A DNA stretch of 64,000 nt from an uncultured Acidobacteriota bacterium (GCA_963836075.1 CAWIIB010000001.1:192001-256000), one strand, 5' to 3'; positions 19,939-33,301 are shown, numbered from the stretch's first letter. Notes: generated by a model from the sequence alone, not told the origin. Numbers and translations are program-made.

Positions 19939-20860
19939 GCAACTGCTGAAGTTGGGCACCAGGGGCAGCCGCCTGGCTCTCTGGCAGGCGGAGACGGTCA
20001 AGGCCCTGGTCCAGCAGGCCAACCCGGACCTTGCGGTGGAGATCGTGATCATCAGCTCATCCGGTGACCTGGACCGCACCAGGCCCCTGGAACAACTGGG
20101 TGGTGAGGGGTTGTTCACCAAGGAACTGGAGCACGAGCTCCAACAGGGAACCATCGATTTTGCAGTTCACTCGCTGAAGGACCTGCCCACCGTCCTGCCC
20201 GAGGGTTTCGCACTCTCTGCCGTCCCCCAACGTGGACCTGTGGAGGACGCTCTGGTGTCTGGGAACGGCGGGGGGCTGGAGTCCCTGCCCCGGGGCGCCA
20301 CGGTGGCCACCGGCTCGCCCCGGCGCAAGGCTCAGTTACTGAACCTCAGGTCAGACCTCAATGTCACCGGCCTCCGCGGCAATGTGCCCACCCGGCTGGA
20401 GAAGCTGGAGACCGAGGAACTGGACGGGATCGTCCTGGCAAGGGCAGGCCTCGAACGCCTCGGCTTCGGCGACCGGATCACCGAGGTCTTCCCCACGGAC
20501 CGGTTCTGCCCGGCAGTGGGGCAGGGGGCCATCGGCATTGAGATCCGGGAAGGTGACCAGACAGCACTCAACGCCACTTCAGCAATCGATCACCCGGAGA
20601 CCCATGCCGCGGTGCAGGCCGAACGCGGCTTCCTCGCCGGCCTGGGCAGCGGATGCTCACTTCCGGTGGGCGCCCACGCCCAAACAGACAACGTGGCCCA
20701 ACCCGCCTTTCTCACCCTGGCCGGTGTGGTGCTCAATCGCCAGGGCACCGAACGCCTGGCCGCCGACATGACCGGTCCCCTGGGCAAGGCCTGGGAACTG
20801 GGGCAACGCCTTGCAGAACTGCTGGTTGGGCAAGGTGGGATGAATTTGCTCGCTGAATGA
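19931..20860 (+). CDS. hemC: Hydroxymethylbilane synthase
   Basis: GTRGSRLALWQ, VHSLKD, LRGNVPTRL, GCSLPVG. Confidence 0.97.
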   Translation: MNKQLLKLGTRGSRLALWQAETVKALVQQANPDLAVEIVIISSSGDLDRTRPLEQLGGEGLFTKELEHELQQGTIDFAVHSLKDLPTVLPEGFALSAVPQRGPVEDALVSGNGGGLESLPRGATVATGSPRRKAQLLNLRSDLNVTGLRGNVPTRLEKLETEELDGIVLARAGLERLGFGDRITEVFPTDRFCPAVGQGAIGIEIREGDQTALNATSAIDHPETHAAVQAERGFLAGLGSGCSLPVGAHAQTDNVAQPAFLTLAGVVLNRQGTERLAADMTGPLGKAWELGQRLAELLVGQGGMNLLAE

Positions 20861-20917
20861 GAAGCTGCAGCGTAGATCCCCGCCCCGCTGGTCTCCTGCC
20901 CTATAACGAAACAATTA

Positions 20918-20946
20918 TTGACCTATGAGAAGGAAATCACTACCCT
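20918..20946 (+). promoter_or_regulatory. Putative sigma70 promoter for ahcY
   Basis: TTGACC-N17-TACCCT. Confidence 0.5.
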
Positions 20947-21074
20947 TATGGGGCCCTGAAGCTTGTTCTGGTTCGTTTCGGAACGCGAGTCACGGCATTT
21001 TCAGGTATGGGTTTGCGACGAATGGGCCGATCAATGGCTCGGGTACAATCAGAGAAGAAACGGAGTCGATAGAA

Positions 21075-22493
21075 ATGGCTGTCAAAAAGAAAGCGGATTA
21101 CGTCGTTAAAGATATTTCCCTCGCGCCCTTCGGACGCAAGGAGATGGAGCTGGCCGAACATGAAATGCCGGGCCTGATGGCACTGCGTGAAAAATACGGG
21201 AAACAGAAACCGCTGAAAGGCACCCGGATTGCCGGCTCTTTGCATATGACCATTCAAACGGCGATGCTGATCGAAACCCTGCAAATCCTCGGGGCAAAAG
21301 TCCGCTGGGCCAGCTGCAATATCTACTCCACGCAGGATCACGCCGCTGCCGCCGTGGCCAAAAAAGGAACGCCTGTCTTTGCCGTAAAAGGTGAGACCCT
21401 TGAAGAATACTGGACCTACACCGACAAAATTCTGGACTGGGGCGACGGCAAAGGCCCGAACATGATTCTGGATGACGGCGGCGATGCCACGATGTTTGTT
21501 CAGGTTGGTTATCAGGCTGAAAAGAACCCGTCCATCCTGGATCGGAAACCCGGCAGCCCCGAGGAAAAGGTCTTCCTGGCCCAGCTCAAAAAAGCACTGA
21601 AAAAAGACCCGACCCGCTTCTCCCGTATCGCGAAGGGAATTTGCGGTGTAACTGAAGAAACCACCACGGGTGTGCACCGTCTCTACCAGCTCGAGGAAAA
21701 GGGTGAACTGCTCTTCCCGGCGATCAACGTGAACGACTCGGTAACAAAATCAAAATTCGACAATGTCTACGGGTGCCGCCACTCGCTGGTTGACGCCATC
21801 ATGCGCGCAACCGACGTGATGCTTTCCGGAAAAGTCGCTGTCGTCGCCGGTTTCGGAGATGTGGGTAAGGGATCCTGCCAGTCGCTGGAGGGACAGAACG
21901 CCCGGGTCATCGTTACTGAAATCGATCCGATCTGTGCGCTGCAGGCCACCATGGCCGGATACGAAGTGATGCCGATGGACGAGGCCTGCACGCTGGGTGA
22001 CATTTTTGTCACCACCACCGGTTGCTGTGATGTGATCACCGAGCGCCACATGAAGCAGATGAAAAATCAGGCCATCGTCTGCAACATCGGTCACTTCGAT
22101 TCCGAAATTCAGGTCGAGAAACTCCGGAAATACAAGTGGACGAGCATCAAGCCGCAGGTTGACAAGATTACGTTCCCCAAAGGCAACAGCATCCTGCTGC
22201 TGGCGGAAGGCCGATTGGTGAATCTTGGCTGCGCCACCGGCCACCCCAGCTTCGTAATGTCCAACAGCTTCACCAACCAGGTGCTGGCGCAAATGGATAT
22301 CTGGGAAAAGCACGGAACTGAGAAGCAGTACCCGATCGGCGTGTATGTCCTGCCCAAGCATCTGGACGAAGAAGTGGCCGCGCTGCACCTCGGGCGTCTC
22401 GGAGCAAAACTGGATCGATTAACCGCGAACCAGGCAAAATATCTGGGCATTCCCAAGGACGGACCGTTCAAGCCGGAACACTACAGATACTGA
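21075..22493 (+). CDS. ahcY: Adenosylhomocysteinase
   Basis: [34 protein letters not shown]-terminal [10 protein letters not shown]. Confidence 0.98.
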   Translation: MAVKKKADYVVKDISLAPFGRKEMELAEHEMPGLMALREKYGKQKPLKGTRIAGSLHMTIQTAMLIETLQILGAKVRWASCNIYSTQDHAAAAVAKKGTPVFAVKGETLEEYWTYTDKILDWGDGKGPNMILDDGGDATMFVQVGYQAEKNPSILDRKPGSPEEKVFLAQLKKALKKDPTRFSRIAKGICGVTEETTTGVHRLYQLEEKGELLFPAINVNDSVTKSKFDNVYGCRHSLVDAIMRATDVMLSGKVAVVAGFGDVGKGSCQSLEGQNARVIVTEIDPICALQATMAGYEVMPMDEACTLGDIFVTTTGCCDVITERHMKQMKNQAIVCNIGHFDSEIQVEKLRKYKWTSIKPQVDKITFPKGNSILLLAEGRLVNLGCATGHPSFVMSNSFTNQVLAQMDIWEKHGTEKQYPIGVYVLPKHLDEEVAALHLGRLGAKLDRLTANQAKYLGIPKDGPFKPEHYRY

Positions 22494-22563
22494 TCAATCT
22501 CCTCTCCAGAAACCTGACGGTGGACTGCAAGGCTCCGGTGAAATGCAGGTGACCGACTCCTGC

Positions 22564-24024
22564 TTATGCTATCTGCACCGGCATGCCCATCATCGGCCAG
22601 ATGAGCCAGACAAAGAAGGCCAGTACGAGCATGAGCAGGATGCTTGCCGGTATGCCGGCAATTAAGAATTCCTTGGTGGTGAATTGCCCGCTGGAATAAG
22701 CGATGGCGTTTGGTGCGGCGCCGACCAGCAAGAGGAACGGCATGCCGGCGGTCACCAGGGCGGAGAAGAGGATCACCTCCGGGGCGGTGCCGAGGTAGGG
22801 GCCGAGGACGAGCGCCACGGGTAATACAATGGCGATGGCGGCAACGTTCATGATGAAGTTGGTCATCAGCATGACGAAGAACGAGACGCCCATGACGAAG
22901 ACGAACCAGGGGGCGTCCTGGAACAGGTTGAGCCAGATAATGGCCAGCCATTTGGCGGCGCCGGTCTGCCAGAGGCAGAAGCCGATGCTCATCGCCCCGC
23001 CGAAGAGGAGGACGATGTTCCAGGGGGTATCTTCGAGGTCCTCGAGGTCGAGGATGCGGAAGACGAAGAAGAGCACGGTGGAGGTGAGGATTATGGCGCT
23101 CTTGTTCAGCGGGGCCAGGGCGGGAATGAAGGAACGGAGGCTCATCACCGCAATGGCTCCGAAGACGATGATCAGGGTGGTGATCTCCACCCGGGTCATG
23201 GGGCCCAGGTTGGACTGCAGTTTTTTGGCCCGCTCGCGGAGGCCGGGAATGGTCTTGCGCTCCGGTTTGAAAAAGATCATGAAGAACCCCCAGAGCAGGA
23301 AGGTCATCAGCACACCCACCGGGAGCATGTAGTAGGTCAGTTCGAAGAAACTGATATCAACGCCGGTGATATCGCGGTAGAAGCCGAGGGCCACGGCGCC
23401 GCGGGCAGCGCCAAGCAGGGTGATGATGCTGCCGGCGCCGGCGACGAAGGCCATGCCGATGAAGAGGCCCTTGCCGAATTTTGAGGGATTGCGTTCCTCG
23501 TCGTACATGGTGTAGATCGCCATCAGCAGGGGATAGATGGTGGCGGCCACGGCGGTGTGGGCCATGATCAGGGTCAGGGCCGAGGTCATGGTGAAACAGC
23601 CGAGGTAGATCATGCTGGTCCGTTCGCCCACCAGCACCAGCATCTTGTAGGCCATGCGCTGGGTCAGGCCGGACTTGGTGAAGACCATGCCGATGACCAG
23701 CGATCCGATGATGAACCAGACCGAGGGGTCCATGAAATCGGTGAAGGCGGTGCGGGCGTCACGGATCATGAACAGGGCCTGGACAACGCCGATGGTGATG
23801 CTGGTGATGCCGATGGGCACCACCTCGAAAACCCACCAGGTGGCGGCAAGGAGGAAGAGCGCCAGGGCCGCTTTCCCTTCACGGGTCAGTTCGAAGGACT
23901 GCCCCTGGGGGTCCACTGCCGGGGCCAGCTGGGGGAGAAGGTAGACCACGGTGAAGAGGACCACGCCAAGCAGGAGCAGGGAGGTCCTCTTCCAGTCAAC
24001 GGAACTGCTTTTTGCTTTTACCAT
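22564..24024 (-). CDS. SLC13/DASS family Na+-coupled anion symporter, candidate sulfate importer
   Basis: Polytopic membrane protein; IMAHTAVAA, FIMNVAA, GAAPNAIAY hairpin motifs. Confidence 0.85.
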   Translation of the reverse strand: MVKAKSSSVDWKRTSLLLLGVVLFTVVYLLPQLAPAVDPQGQSFELTREGKAALALFLLAATWWVFEVVPIGITSITIGVVQALFMIRDARTAFTDFMDPSVWFIIGSLVIGMVFTKSGLTQRMAYKMLVLVGERTSMIYLGCFTMTSALTLIMAHTAVAATIYPLLMAIYTMYDEERNPSKFGKGLFIGMAFVAGAGSIITLLGAARGAVALGFYRDITGVDISFFELTYYMLPVGVLMTFLLWGFFMIFFKPERKTIPGLRERAKKLQSNLGPMTRVEITTLIIVFGAIAVMSLRSFIPALAPLNKSAIILTSTVLFFVFRILDLEDLEDTPWNIVLLFGGAMSIGFCLWQTGAAKWLAIIWLNLFQDAPWFVFVMGVSFFVMLMTNFIMNVAAIAIVLPVALVLGPYLGTAPEVILFSALVTAGMPFLLLVGAAPNAIAYSSGQFTTKEFLIAGIPASILLMLVLAFFVWLIWPMMGMPVQIA

Positions 24025-24030
24025 CCAGCT

Positions 24031-24462
24031 CTACCAGCCTTTTTTCTTGAGAATGTTGTGGATTTCCTGGGCCGACTTCTGTTGCACGAGGTGCGCCTTG
24101 GCCGCGGCCGCGTTGTTGATCTTCTGCAGCAACTTCTCGAAGTCCAGCGGCTTCTCCAGGAAATCCCGGGCCCCGAGCTTGATCGCCTGCACCCCCTTGT
24201 CCACCGTGGCGTGACCGGTGAGCAGGATCACCTGCAGGTCGCCGTTGATCTCCAGCAGTCCTTTCAGCGTTTCGATGCCGTCCTTGCCCGGCATGGCCAG
24301 GTCGAGAACAACCGCATCGAAATCGGATTTGCCGGCTTCAGCGATCGCCCCGTCGCCGCTGAAGGCCACGATGACCCTCATGCCGCGGGCTTCCATCCGC
24401 TCGGCGAGGATCCGGACAAACTCCTCCTCGTCGTCGACGAGCAGTATTTTTTCACCAGCCAT
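24031..24462 (-). CDS. Single-domain response regulator
   Basis: ILLVDDE...VVLDLAMPG...LTGH...LEKP; no output domain. Confidence 0.92.
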   Translation of the reverse strand: MAGEKILLVDDEEEFVRILAERMEARGMRVIVAFSGDGAIAEAGKSDFDAVVLDLAMPGKDGIETLKGLLEINGDLQVILLTGHATVDKGVQAIKLGARDFLEKPLDFEKLLQKINNAAAAKAHLVQQKSAQEIHNILKKKGW

Positions 24463-24480
24463 ATCACGCCTCCCAGGTCA

Positions 24481-25182
24481 TCAGTCGGTTGCCGGCCCGG
24501 CGGGTCGCTGCCGGGGCGCGTGCAGCTCGAAGCGGCGGGGATCCGATCCAGGGGAACAGATCACCGTGCCGCCCAGGTCTTTCATCAACAGCTCGAGGTA
24601 GGAGAGCCTGTTGTTGGCCCTCTGGTCCAGGGGGACCTCAGCGGTGCAGGTAACGAAAAGGCTGCAGCCATCGTCTGCGGCCTTGTTGAATCCTGCGCTA
24701 ACCGTATTCGCATCCTCCTCCCCCGCGTTCAGGGCGAGGTCGATGCAGAGATGGACCGCCTGCATCAAGCCGAAGGCCGAACTTTCGATGACCAGTTCTT
24801 CGGCGGGGAACTCCGTTTCCAGGGTCGCTTTCTTCAGCACAGCGAACCGCTGGCAGAGAGTGGTGATCAGTTCCATGGTGTCGTTGACGCTCAGCGAGGT
24901 GAACGGCTGGTCAACGGTGTGGGAGAAGCGGTTGAGACGTTTGACCAGCCGTTTCCCCCGCTCCACCTGGTCGTTGACGCGGCCAGCGATGCTCAGCAGC
25001 CGTTCGGGGTCCAGCGGCCGTCCGGCTGCGGCCCCGTGGGTCAGGTCGCCAAGCAGGCCGGAGAGCTCGCCGACGATGGCCAGCACGTTGTTGATCTCGT
25101 GGGACAGGCTGGCCGTGATGGCGCCGAAGAAGGCCAGGCCGCCTTCGCGGAGCAGCCTGCTGTTCGGGTGTTCCTGGTCCAT
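24481..25182 (-). CDS. Cytoplasmic HisKA phosphotransfer protein with degenerate ATPase domain
   Basis: SLSHEINNVLAI H-box; no N/G1/G2 boxes; no sensor domain. Confidence 0.75.
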   Translation of the reverse strand: MDQEHPNSRLLREGGLAFFGAITASLSHEINNVLAIVGELSGLLGDLTHGAAAGRPLDPERLLSIAGRVNDQVERGKRLVKRLNRFSHTVDQPFTSLSVNDTMELITTLCQRFAVLKKATLETEFPAEELVIESSAFGLMQAVHLCIDLALNAGEEDANTVSAGFNKAADDGCSLFVTCTAEVPLDQRANNRLSYLELLMKDLGGTVICSPGSDPRRFELHAPRQRPAGPATD

Positions 25183-25203
25183 GCTGGAAAAACCTCGCCC
25201 CGT

Positions 25204-25569
25204 TCAGCGGTTGGCCGCCTTGTGTATTATTTCGATCAATTCTTCGATGTCCACCGGCTTGATCAGGTAGTCAAAAGCGCCGGCCTCGATGCCCCGGGCC
25301 GCGTCTTCGGAGGACCCGTGACCGGTGAGCAGGATGACCTGGATGTCGGCCCGGTCGTGCTTCAACTGCGCGATAACGTCCATCCCGTCCAGACCAGGCA
25401 TTTTCATGTCGAGCACCACCACCTCGAAATCGCCTTCACGAATCCGCTGGATGGCATCGACGCCCCGGGTCACGCCCTCGGCCTGGAAGCCGCGAATCTG
25501 GAGCCGCTCCACCAGGGTCTCGACCAACTCCTCCTCGTCGTCAACCAGCAGCACACGCAGACCGTCCAT
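25204..25569 (-). CDS. Single-domain response regulator
   Basis: VLLVDDE...VVLDMKMPG...LTGH...LIKP. Confidence 0.92.
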   Translation of the reverse strand: MDGLRVLLVDDEEELVETLVERLQIRGFQAEGVTRGVDAIQRIREGDFEVVVLDMKMPGLDGMDVIAQLKHDRADIQVILLTGHGSSEDAARGIEAGAFDYLIKPVDIEELIEIIHKAANR

Positions 25570-25578
25570 GGGAGTCTC

Positions 25579-27302
25579 CTATTCTGTCGTTCCCACCACC
25601 GGCAGCTGGACGGTGAAGGTGGTTCCCTCGCCCTCGACGCTCTGCACGTCGATGCTGCCGCCGATCTTGGCCACCATGCTGAAGGTGATGGAAAGCCCGA
25701 GACCGGTGCCGTAGCCCTTCTTGGTGGTGAAGAATGGCTCGAATATGTGTTTCAGGTTTTCTTCGGATATCCCGGACCCGTTGTCCGCAATGCTGATCCC
25801 GACCAGGCCAGGTTCGGGTTCGTTCATGCTGATCTCGATCTGGCCGCCGTCATCCACGGCGGCAAAGGCGTTGTTGATGATGTTGAGAAAGATCTGCTGC
25901 AGCTGCCGGCGGTCGCTTTCGATGGCCGGCAGGTCGCCGGGAACATTGAAGCTGACCTCGATGTCGCGGTGCAGCGCCGACTTGCCGAGGAAACTCGAGC
26001 ACTTCCTTGAGCAGCAGTTCGAGATTGATCATCTCCGTCCGGGCTTCACGCTGGCGGGCGAAGCCCAGCAGGCGGTGGGTGATGGCGCTGCAGCGCTCCA
26101 CCGACCTGATGATCGAATCGACGATGCCGTGGAATTTCTCGTTCAGCGGGTGATCACTGGACATCTGCACCAGGTCGTTGAGCAGCCCCGCTTTCTCGTT
26201 GATGATGGCCAGCGGGTTGTTGATCTCGTGGGCCACTCCGGCGGCCAGCCGTCCGATGGTGGCCATCTTGTTGGTGTATTCCATGTTGTGAAACACTGTC
26301 GCCCGTTTGACGTCCGCCGCCCTGAGCCGGCTGACCATGTAGTTCGAGCCCCAGAAGATGACCCCCAGGATCAGCAGGGAACTCAGTGCGGTGAAGATGA
26401 TCAACTCGCTGCGCAGGTTGAGCCAGTTGCCCATGATCGCCTCCGGCCGTTTGATCAGCAGGAAGATGAAGGAAGTGCTCTCGATGTAGGCGTAGCCGAG
26501 AATCAGCGGGCGGCCCCGTTCGTCCAACTGCTCGATCACCTCCACCTTCACCGAGTAGGGCGGAACCTCCAGCGGGAAACGGTCCAGCACGTCGCCGTAG
26601 ATCCGTGATGGGCTCTGCAGCACACCCTTGCGGTTGATCAGGAAGGCGTCGCTGGAGGGCCGGTCGCTGAGATGGAGAATCTGGTCGTTGAGCATCTCGG
26701 TGTCAATGGTGGCCCGCAGGATGTGGTAGGTCCGCGGGCCGGTCTCGTGTTTCACCGCGACGACAAAGTGCGGGATTTTGCGAAAGCCCTTGAAGACGTT
26801 GCTGACATAGACGCCACGGAGGGAGACCTCGCGGAACCATTGCTGGTCGGCGTAGTTGATCCCCTCCAGCTCGTACGGGCCCGACGTAGGAGCACTGGTT
26901 GCCGGCGTCGTCGATAAGTCCGAGATCGACAAAACCACCGCCGAAGGAATTCTTGAGATTGCTGAAGATCTCCTCCAGCAGCTGCTGGTCGCACAGCTCG
27001 TCAAAGGACTTGTCGTTAATGATCATTTTCAGCGCCGAGCGCCGCTGGGAGAGGAAGAACTCAAGCGAGCGCTTGGTGTTGGAGGTGAGCAGCGAGATGG
27101 GGTGGATCAGGTCGGCGCGGTAGGCCCGTTTGTACTGGTGGTAGTTGAGGACGGCGAGCACAATCAGCGGGGCGAGAGCGACGATGCAGGTGGAGAGGGC
27201 CACGGCCTTGAACAGACGGCGGTAGCGGTCCCGGGAATGCCCGGCATCCTCGGGCGGCTGTCCGATGGCAGTGGTCTGCTGCTGTGCAGCCGGTTGGATC
27301 AT
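25579..27302 (-). CDS. Membrane sensor histidine kinase with Cache-like periplasmic domain; two apparent +1 frameshifts
   Basis: Joined from ORFs 26703..27356, 25850..27004 and 25579..25857: TM-Cache-TM, AHEINNPL, DNGSG, FFTTK, GTGLGL. Shifts near 26880 and 25992. Confidence 0.85.
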
Positions 27303-27333
27303 GGCTCTCCTCGATCGGCGGGCGTTCCCCTGA

Positions 27334-28579
27334 TCAGGATGAGGAAGCGTCCCCACTTTTCCGATCCCCGGCTTCCAGCACCTTCTGGTTCGCCGCCTTC
27401 ATCGTTGCGGCCAGCACGTCGATGTCGGCCGGTTTCTGCAGGTAGGCGAAGGCACCCAGCTCCAGGGCCAGGTTCTGCTCGGCGTCGGAGCCGTGGCCGG
27501 AGAGGATGATCACCTCCACATCCGGGTGAAGCGTTTTTCACCCGCCGCAGCACTTCGAGGCCGTCCAGGCCGGGCATCTTCAGGTCGAGGACCATCACGC
27601 TTGGCGGGTCGGACTGCAGCATGGTCAAGGCCTGCTCGCCGTCGTAGGCCACGGCGGTATCGAGATTCCTCGTCTGCAGGCGCTCGGACAGGGTGTGCAC
27701 GAATTCCCGCTCGTCGTCCACCAGCAGCACCCGGGAGGGCATGTCGACATCGAGGCGGGGATAGATCTTCGGCTGGTCCTTCATGAAATTGTGCCCCAGA
27801 CGGGTCTCCACGCCGCTGACACCCTCGATGGAGCCGGCCAGGCTGACCAGCTCCTTTTCCAGGCGCTTGAGACGCAGGACATATTTGTTGATTGTTACGG
27901 TCACGCGGCCGCTCTCGCAGCCGACATCGACATCGTGTCCCTTCTCGGCCAGCACTACATTGACCCGTGCAGCCAGGGTGAAGTCCTCCAGCGCCTGATC
28001 CACGCCAGGGGTGCGGAGCAGCGCCGGGTTGCCAAGGTTCTCCAGGATCAGGGCCAGCGCTTCTTGCACAGTGGTCTCGTTCATCGGCAGCAGCATGTCG
28101 TGCAGCGACCGGTCCCAGGGGGGGAGGTGGTGGAACCGTTGGGACCAGCGGGACAGTTCGGTATCCTCCTGCTGCAGTTGCTCCCGGGCATCCCTGGTGG
28201 ACTGCCCGCCCTGCTCGGCCCGGCTGAGCCGATACTGCTTGTTGGCAGCCAGTCCGACCCGCAACACGTGGGTCAGGCTGCGGGGGAGCATCAAAGCGGC
28301 GGGGCCGAGGAGCACCACCTGGTCCCCGAGCATGACCTCGGAGAGGGCCGATCTGAGGTAGGCCGTACCGCGCTCCTGGTTGTGGCCGACGTTGTCGAAG
28401 AAGGTGGGGGTGCCCTGGACCAGCCGTTCCAGTTTCTCGGCGGGGAAGGCGTGTTTCTCCGCGGCGGCCCGGATCAGGGCCGGGGTGTCGGTGAGCCGGC
28501 AGCCCAGCTCCCGGGCGACTTGAGTGGCCACCTCTTCGCCACTGCAGTGGGAGGCGCTGAGAATGCTGATCGCTGACAT
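27334..28579 (-). CDS. Cytidylate-kinase-like + BON-like + receiver domain protein; one +1 frameshift
   Basis: N-terminal CMK-like region (SASHCSGEEVA), C-terminal REC completed in the frame of ORF 27334..27519; shift in a T run near 27535. Confidence 0.8.
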
Positions 28580-28671
28580 GGGCTCACCTCGACTGGAGTC
28601 CGGTCCCCGGTTGAGCCGGGATTATAGCAGATGGGCCGATCCGCTGAAAAGCGGGGCCGCGGCGGAGGCGG

Positions 28672-29250
28672 TCATTTGAAACAGTCCTCGCAGTTCGGGC
28701 CGGCTTCGGCGCAGCAGCGGATGACGTCCGCCACCTCCTCGAACACGTCGGAGAGGCGAAGAATCCCGATCACTTTGCCCTTGCGGGTGACGATGGTGGA
28801 ATAGTCGTGGGTCATCACCAGCATGTGGATCGCCTCGGTGATCGGCGAGTTTTCGTCGATGCCGTCCTCGATGGGGATCATCGCGTCGCGGACCTTGATC
28901 TTGGCCGCGTCCCGGCACATCCGGCTGAGGTCTCCGGAGAAAAGGGAGAGGCCGCTGGAGAGACGCTGGATAAAGTCGGCCTTCAGGCCGGCCCGGGCCA
29001 GGGACTGGACATCCTTCTCGCACAGCAGCTTCGGTTCCAGGCTGCGGATGATGGCCCAGTGGCTGAGCTTGCCCACCACCTGGCCTTGCGGGTCGAGGGC
29101 CAGCACCGCCCGGTGGTGGTGCCGGTTGTTGTCCAGGCCCATCTGAGCGTTGCTCAAGGCGGCCAGCGCTTCGAGGATGGTGGCGTCGCGCGAGACGGTG
29201 GCATACTCGTCGAGCGAGAGCATCAGATCCTTGACCTTTTTTTCTTCCAC
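28672..29250 (-). CDS. CBS domain protein with Cys-rich C-terminal tail
   Basis: KVKDLM...EYATV, KVRDAM CBS pair; tail CCAEAGPNCEDCFK. Confidence 0.85.
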   Translation of the reverse strand: MEEKKVKDLMLSLDEYATVSRDATILEALAALSNAQMGLDNNRHHHRAVLALDPQGQVVGKLSHWAIIRSLEPKLLCEKDVQSLARAGLKADFIQRLSSGLSLFSGDLSRMCRDAAKIKVRDAMIPIEDGIDENSPITEAIHMLVMTHDYSTIVTRKGKVIGILRLSDVFEEVADVIRCCAEAGPNCEDCFK

Positions 29251-29353
29251 GGGACTCTCTCCTTGCTGTTCATCGGTTGGAACACCGGGCCCGTCAGGTC
29301 CGGTGCAAAACAGTATATCAGGAATCGTGGAGAGGCGTGATGCCGCCAGGCAT

Positions 29354-29380
29354 AAAAAAAGCGCCGGGAGATCCCGGCGC
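29354..29380 (-). terminator. Rho-independent terminator after hppA
   Basis: Minus strand GCGCCGGGA-TC-TCCCGGCGC followed by T7. Confidence 0.85.
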
Positions 29381-29408
29381 CTCTCGAATGCTCAGCTCCG
29401 CCCGCTCT

Positions 29409-31625
<2,217 letters not shown>

Positions 31626-31743
31626 GATTTCTTCCTCCTCGGTTCGCCACACGAAAATCCCGTGACCAGCGGGCCTCCGGGACCCCAATGCTGCCAGCAC
31701 TTGCGGCTCGCAGCCTCCCCCTCCTCAGGACCGAATCGCGGGT

Positions 31744-31771
31744 ATCATACACAAGATTCGCCGCTTGACAA
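31744..31771 (-). promoter_or_regulatory. Putative promoter for hppA
   Basis: Minus strand TTGTCA-N16-TATGAT in the hppA/hemA divergent gap. Confidence 0.45.
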
Positions 31772-31993
31772 ATTTTTTGAGGAAGTTCTTTCGCCGCCCC
31801 CTGCCCGGGGGCCCGGCAGCGCGGTTTTGGGCCGAGGCCGGAACCGCGGCAACCCCGGTGGGGGGCGTCACCGATTGCTTGAGCCCTCACGAGGTCCTCT
31901 GATATACTGCCCCGCTCTTCCGTGGATCCCTGCTGGATCATGGAAACAGAGGCACTTCCGGCCCGCCGTCGGGCCGGGCGAGAGGGATCGAAG

Positions 31994-33301
31994 ATGCAGT
32001 TCCTGCTCCTCGGCGTGAACCACAACACCGCACCTCTGGCGCTGCGCGAGTCGTTGGCCCTGGACCAGGGCGAAACGGCCCGCTGCCTGGCCCTGCTCAA
32101 GGACCAGGATTTCTTTGTCGAGGGCTTCATCCTTTCCACCTGCAACCGCAGCGAGTTTTACATCCTCACCGGGGACGCCGCAGCGGCTGAGCAGGGTCTC
32201 TGCCGGCTGGTCAGGGAAGTGAAGGGTGTGGACCACCTGGCCGACAGCCGGATCAGATACCTGAAAAAGGACCGCGACGCGGTGGAGCACCTCTTCCGGG
32301 TCACCGCGGGTCTCGACTCCATGATCCTGGGGGAGCCGCAGATCATCGGGCAGGTCAAGGAGGCCTACTCGCGGGCCTGCAAGGCCAGCAGCACCGGCGC
32401 CTTTGTCAATAAACTGTGCCACCTGGCCTTCCGGGTGGCCAAGCGCTCCCGGTCCGAGACGCACATCGGCGAGGGCGCGGTCTCGGTGGGTTACGCCGCG
32501 GTGATGGAGGTCCGGGAACGGCTGGGCGGCCTGAAGGGGCGCACGGTGCTGGTGGTGGGGGCCGGGAACCACGGCGAGCTGGTGGCCGGCCACCTGGAGA
32601 GCCATGGTCCGGTCCGGCTGCTGGTGGCCAGCCGTACCGAAGCCCGGGCCCGGGACCTGGCCTCGCGCCTGAAGGGTGAAGCGGTGCCGGTGGAGCAGTT
32701 GTCCGCGGCACTGGCCGAGGCGGATGCGGTGATCTGCTGCACCGCCTCGCTGCGTCAGGTGATCACCGCCGCTGAACTGGACCCGGCCCTGGAACAGCGT
32801 GACGGCGCTCCGCTGCTGCTGGTGGACATCGCCGTGCCGCGGGACATCGACCCCCACCTGGGCAAATATCCCGCGCTGACCCTGCTGGATATCGACAGCC
32901 TGACCAGTGTGGTGGACGAGAACCGAGAGCGTCGCCGGGAAGAAATACCCCTGGTGGAAGCCCTGGTGCTTCATGAATTGGACAAGTTCTTCGCCTGGTA
33001 CCGCTCGCTGCAGACCGTGCCGGTGATCCAGGCGCTGCTGGCCAAGATGGAGGGGATCCGCCGGGAGGAGATGGACAGCTTCGGCGGCACCCTCGATCCC
33101 GCTCAGCGGGACCGGGTGGAACGGTTCAGCCGCCGGCTGGTCAGCCGGATGATCCACGAACCGCTGAGCCGGATCAAGGTCTGTGACCGCAGCACCCGCA
33201 TCGGCATGCTCAAGCTGGACACGGTGCTCGACATCTTTGCCCTGGCCGAAGAGGACCGTCTGGACCTGGAGCGCGAAGACCGGCAGGAGGTGAGCCGATG
33301 A
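31994..33301 (+). CDS. hemA: Glutamyl-tRNA reductase
   Basis: GVNHNTAP, STCNRSE, GEPQIIGQ, DIAVPRDI. Confidence 0.96.
   Translation: MQFLLLGVNHNTAPLALRESLALDQGETARCLALLKDQDFFVEGFILSTCNRSEFYILTGDAAAAEQGLCRLVREVKGVDHLADSRIRYLKKDRDAVEHLFRVTAGLDSMILGEPQIIGQVKEAYSRACKASSTGAFVNKLCHLAFRVAKRSRSETHIGEGAVSVGYAAVMEVRERLGGLKGRTVLVVGAGNHGELVAGHLESHGPVRLLVASRTEARARDLASRLKGEAVPVEQLSAALAEADAVICCTASLRQVITAAELDPALEQRDGAPLLLVDIAVPRDIDPHLGKYPALTLLDIDSLTSVVDENRERRREEIPLVEALVLHELDKFFAWYRSLQTVPVIQALLAKMEGIRREEMDSFGGTLDPAQRDRVERFSRRLVSRMIHEPLSRIKVCDRSTRIGMLKLDTVLDIFALAEEDRLDLEREDRQEVSR

Noticed and set aside
21000-21045. SAH riboswitch in the ahcY leader (TTGCGAC...GGCTCGG resemblance)
   Set aside because: Lacks the upstream GAGGAGCG core and its pairing partner; the resemblance is partial only.
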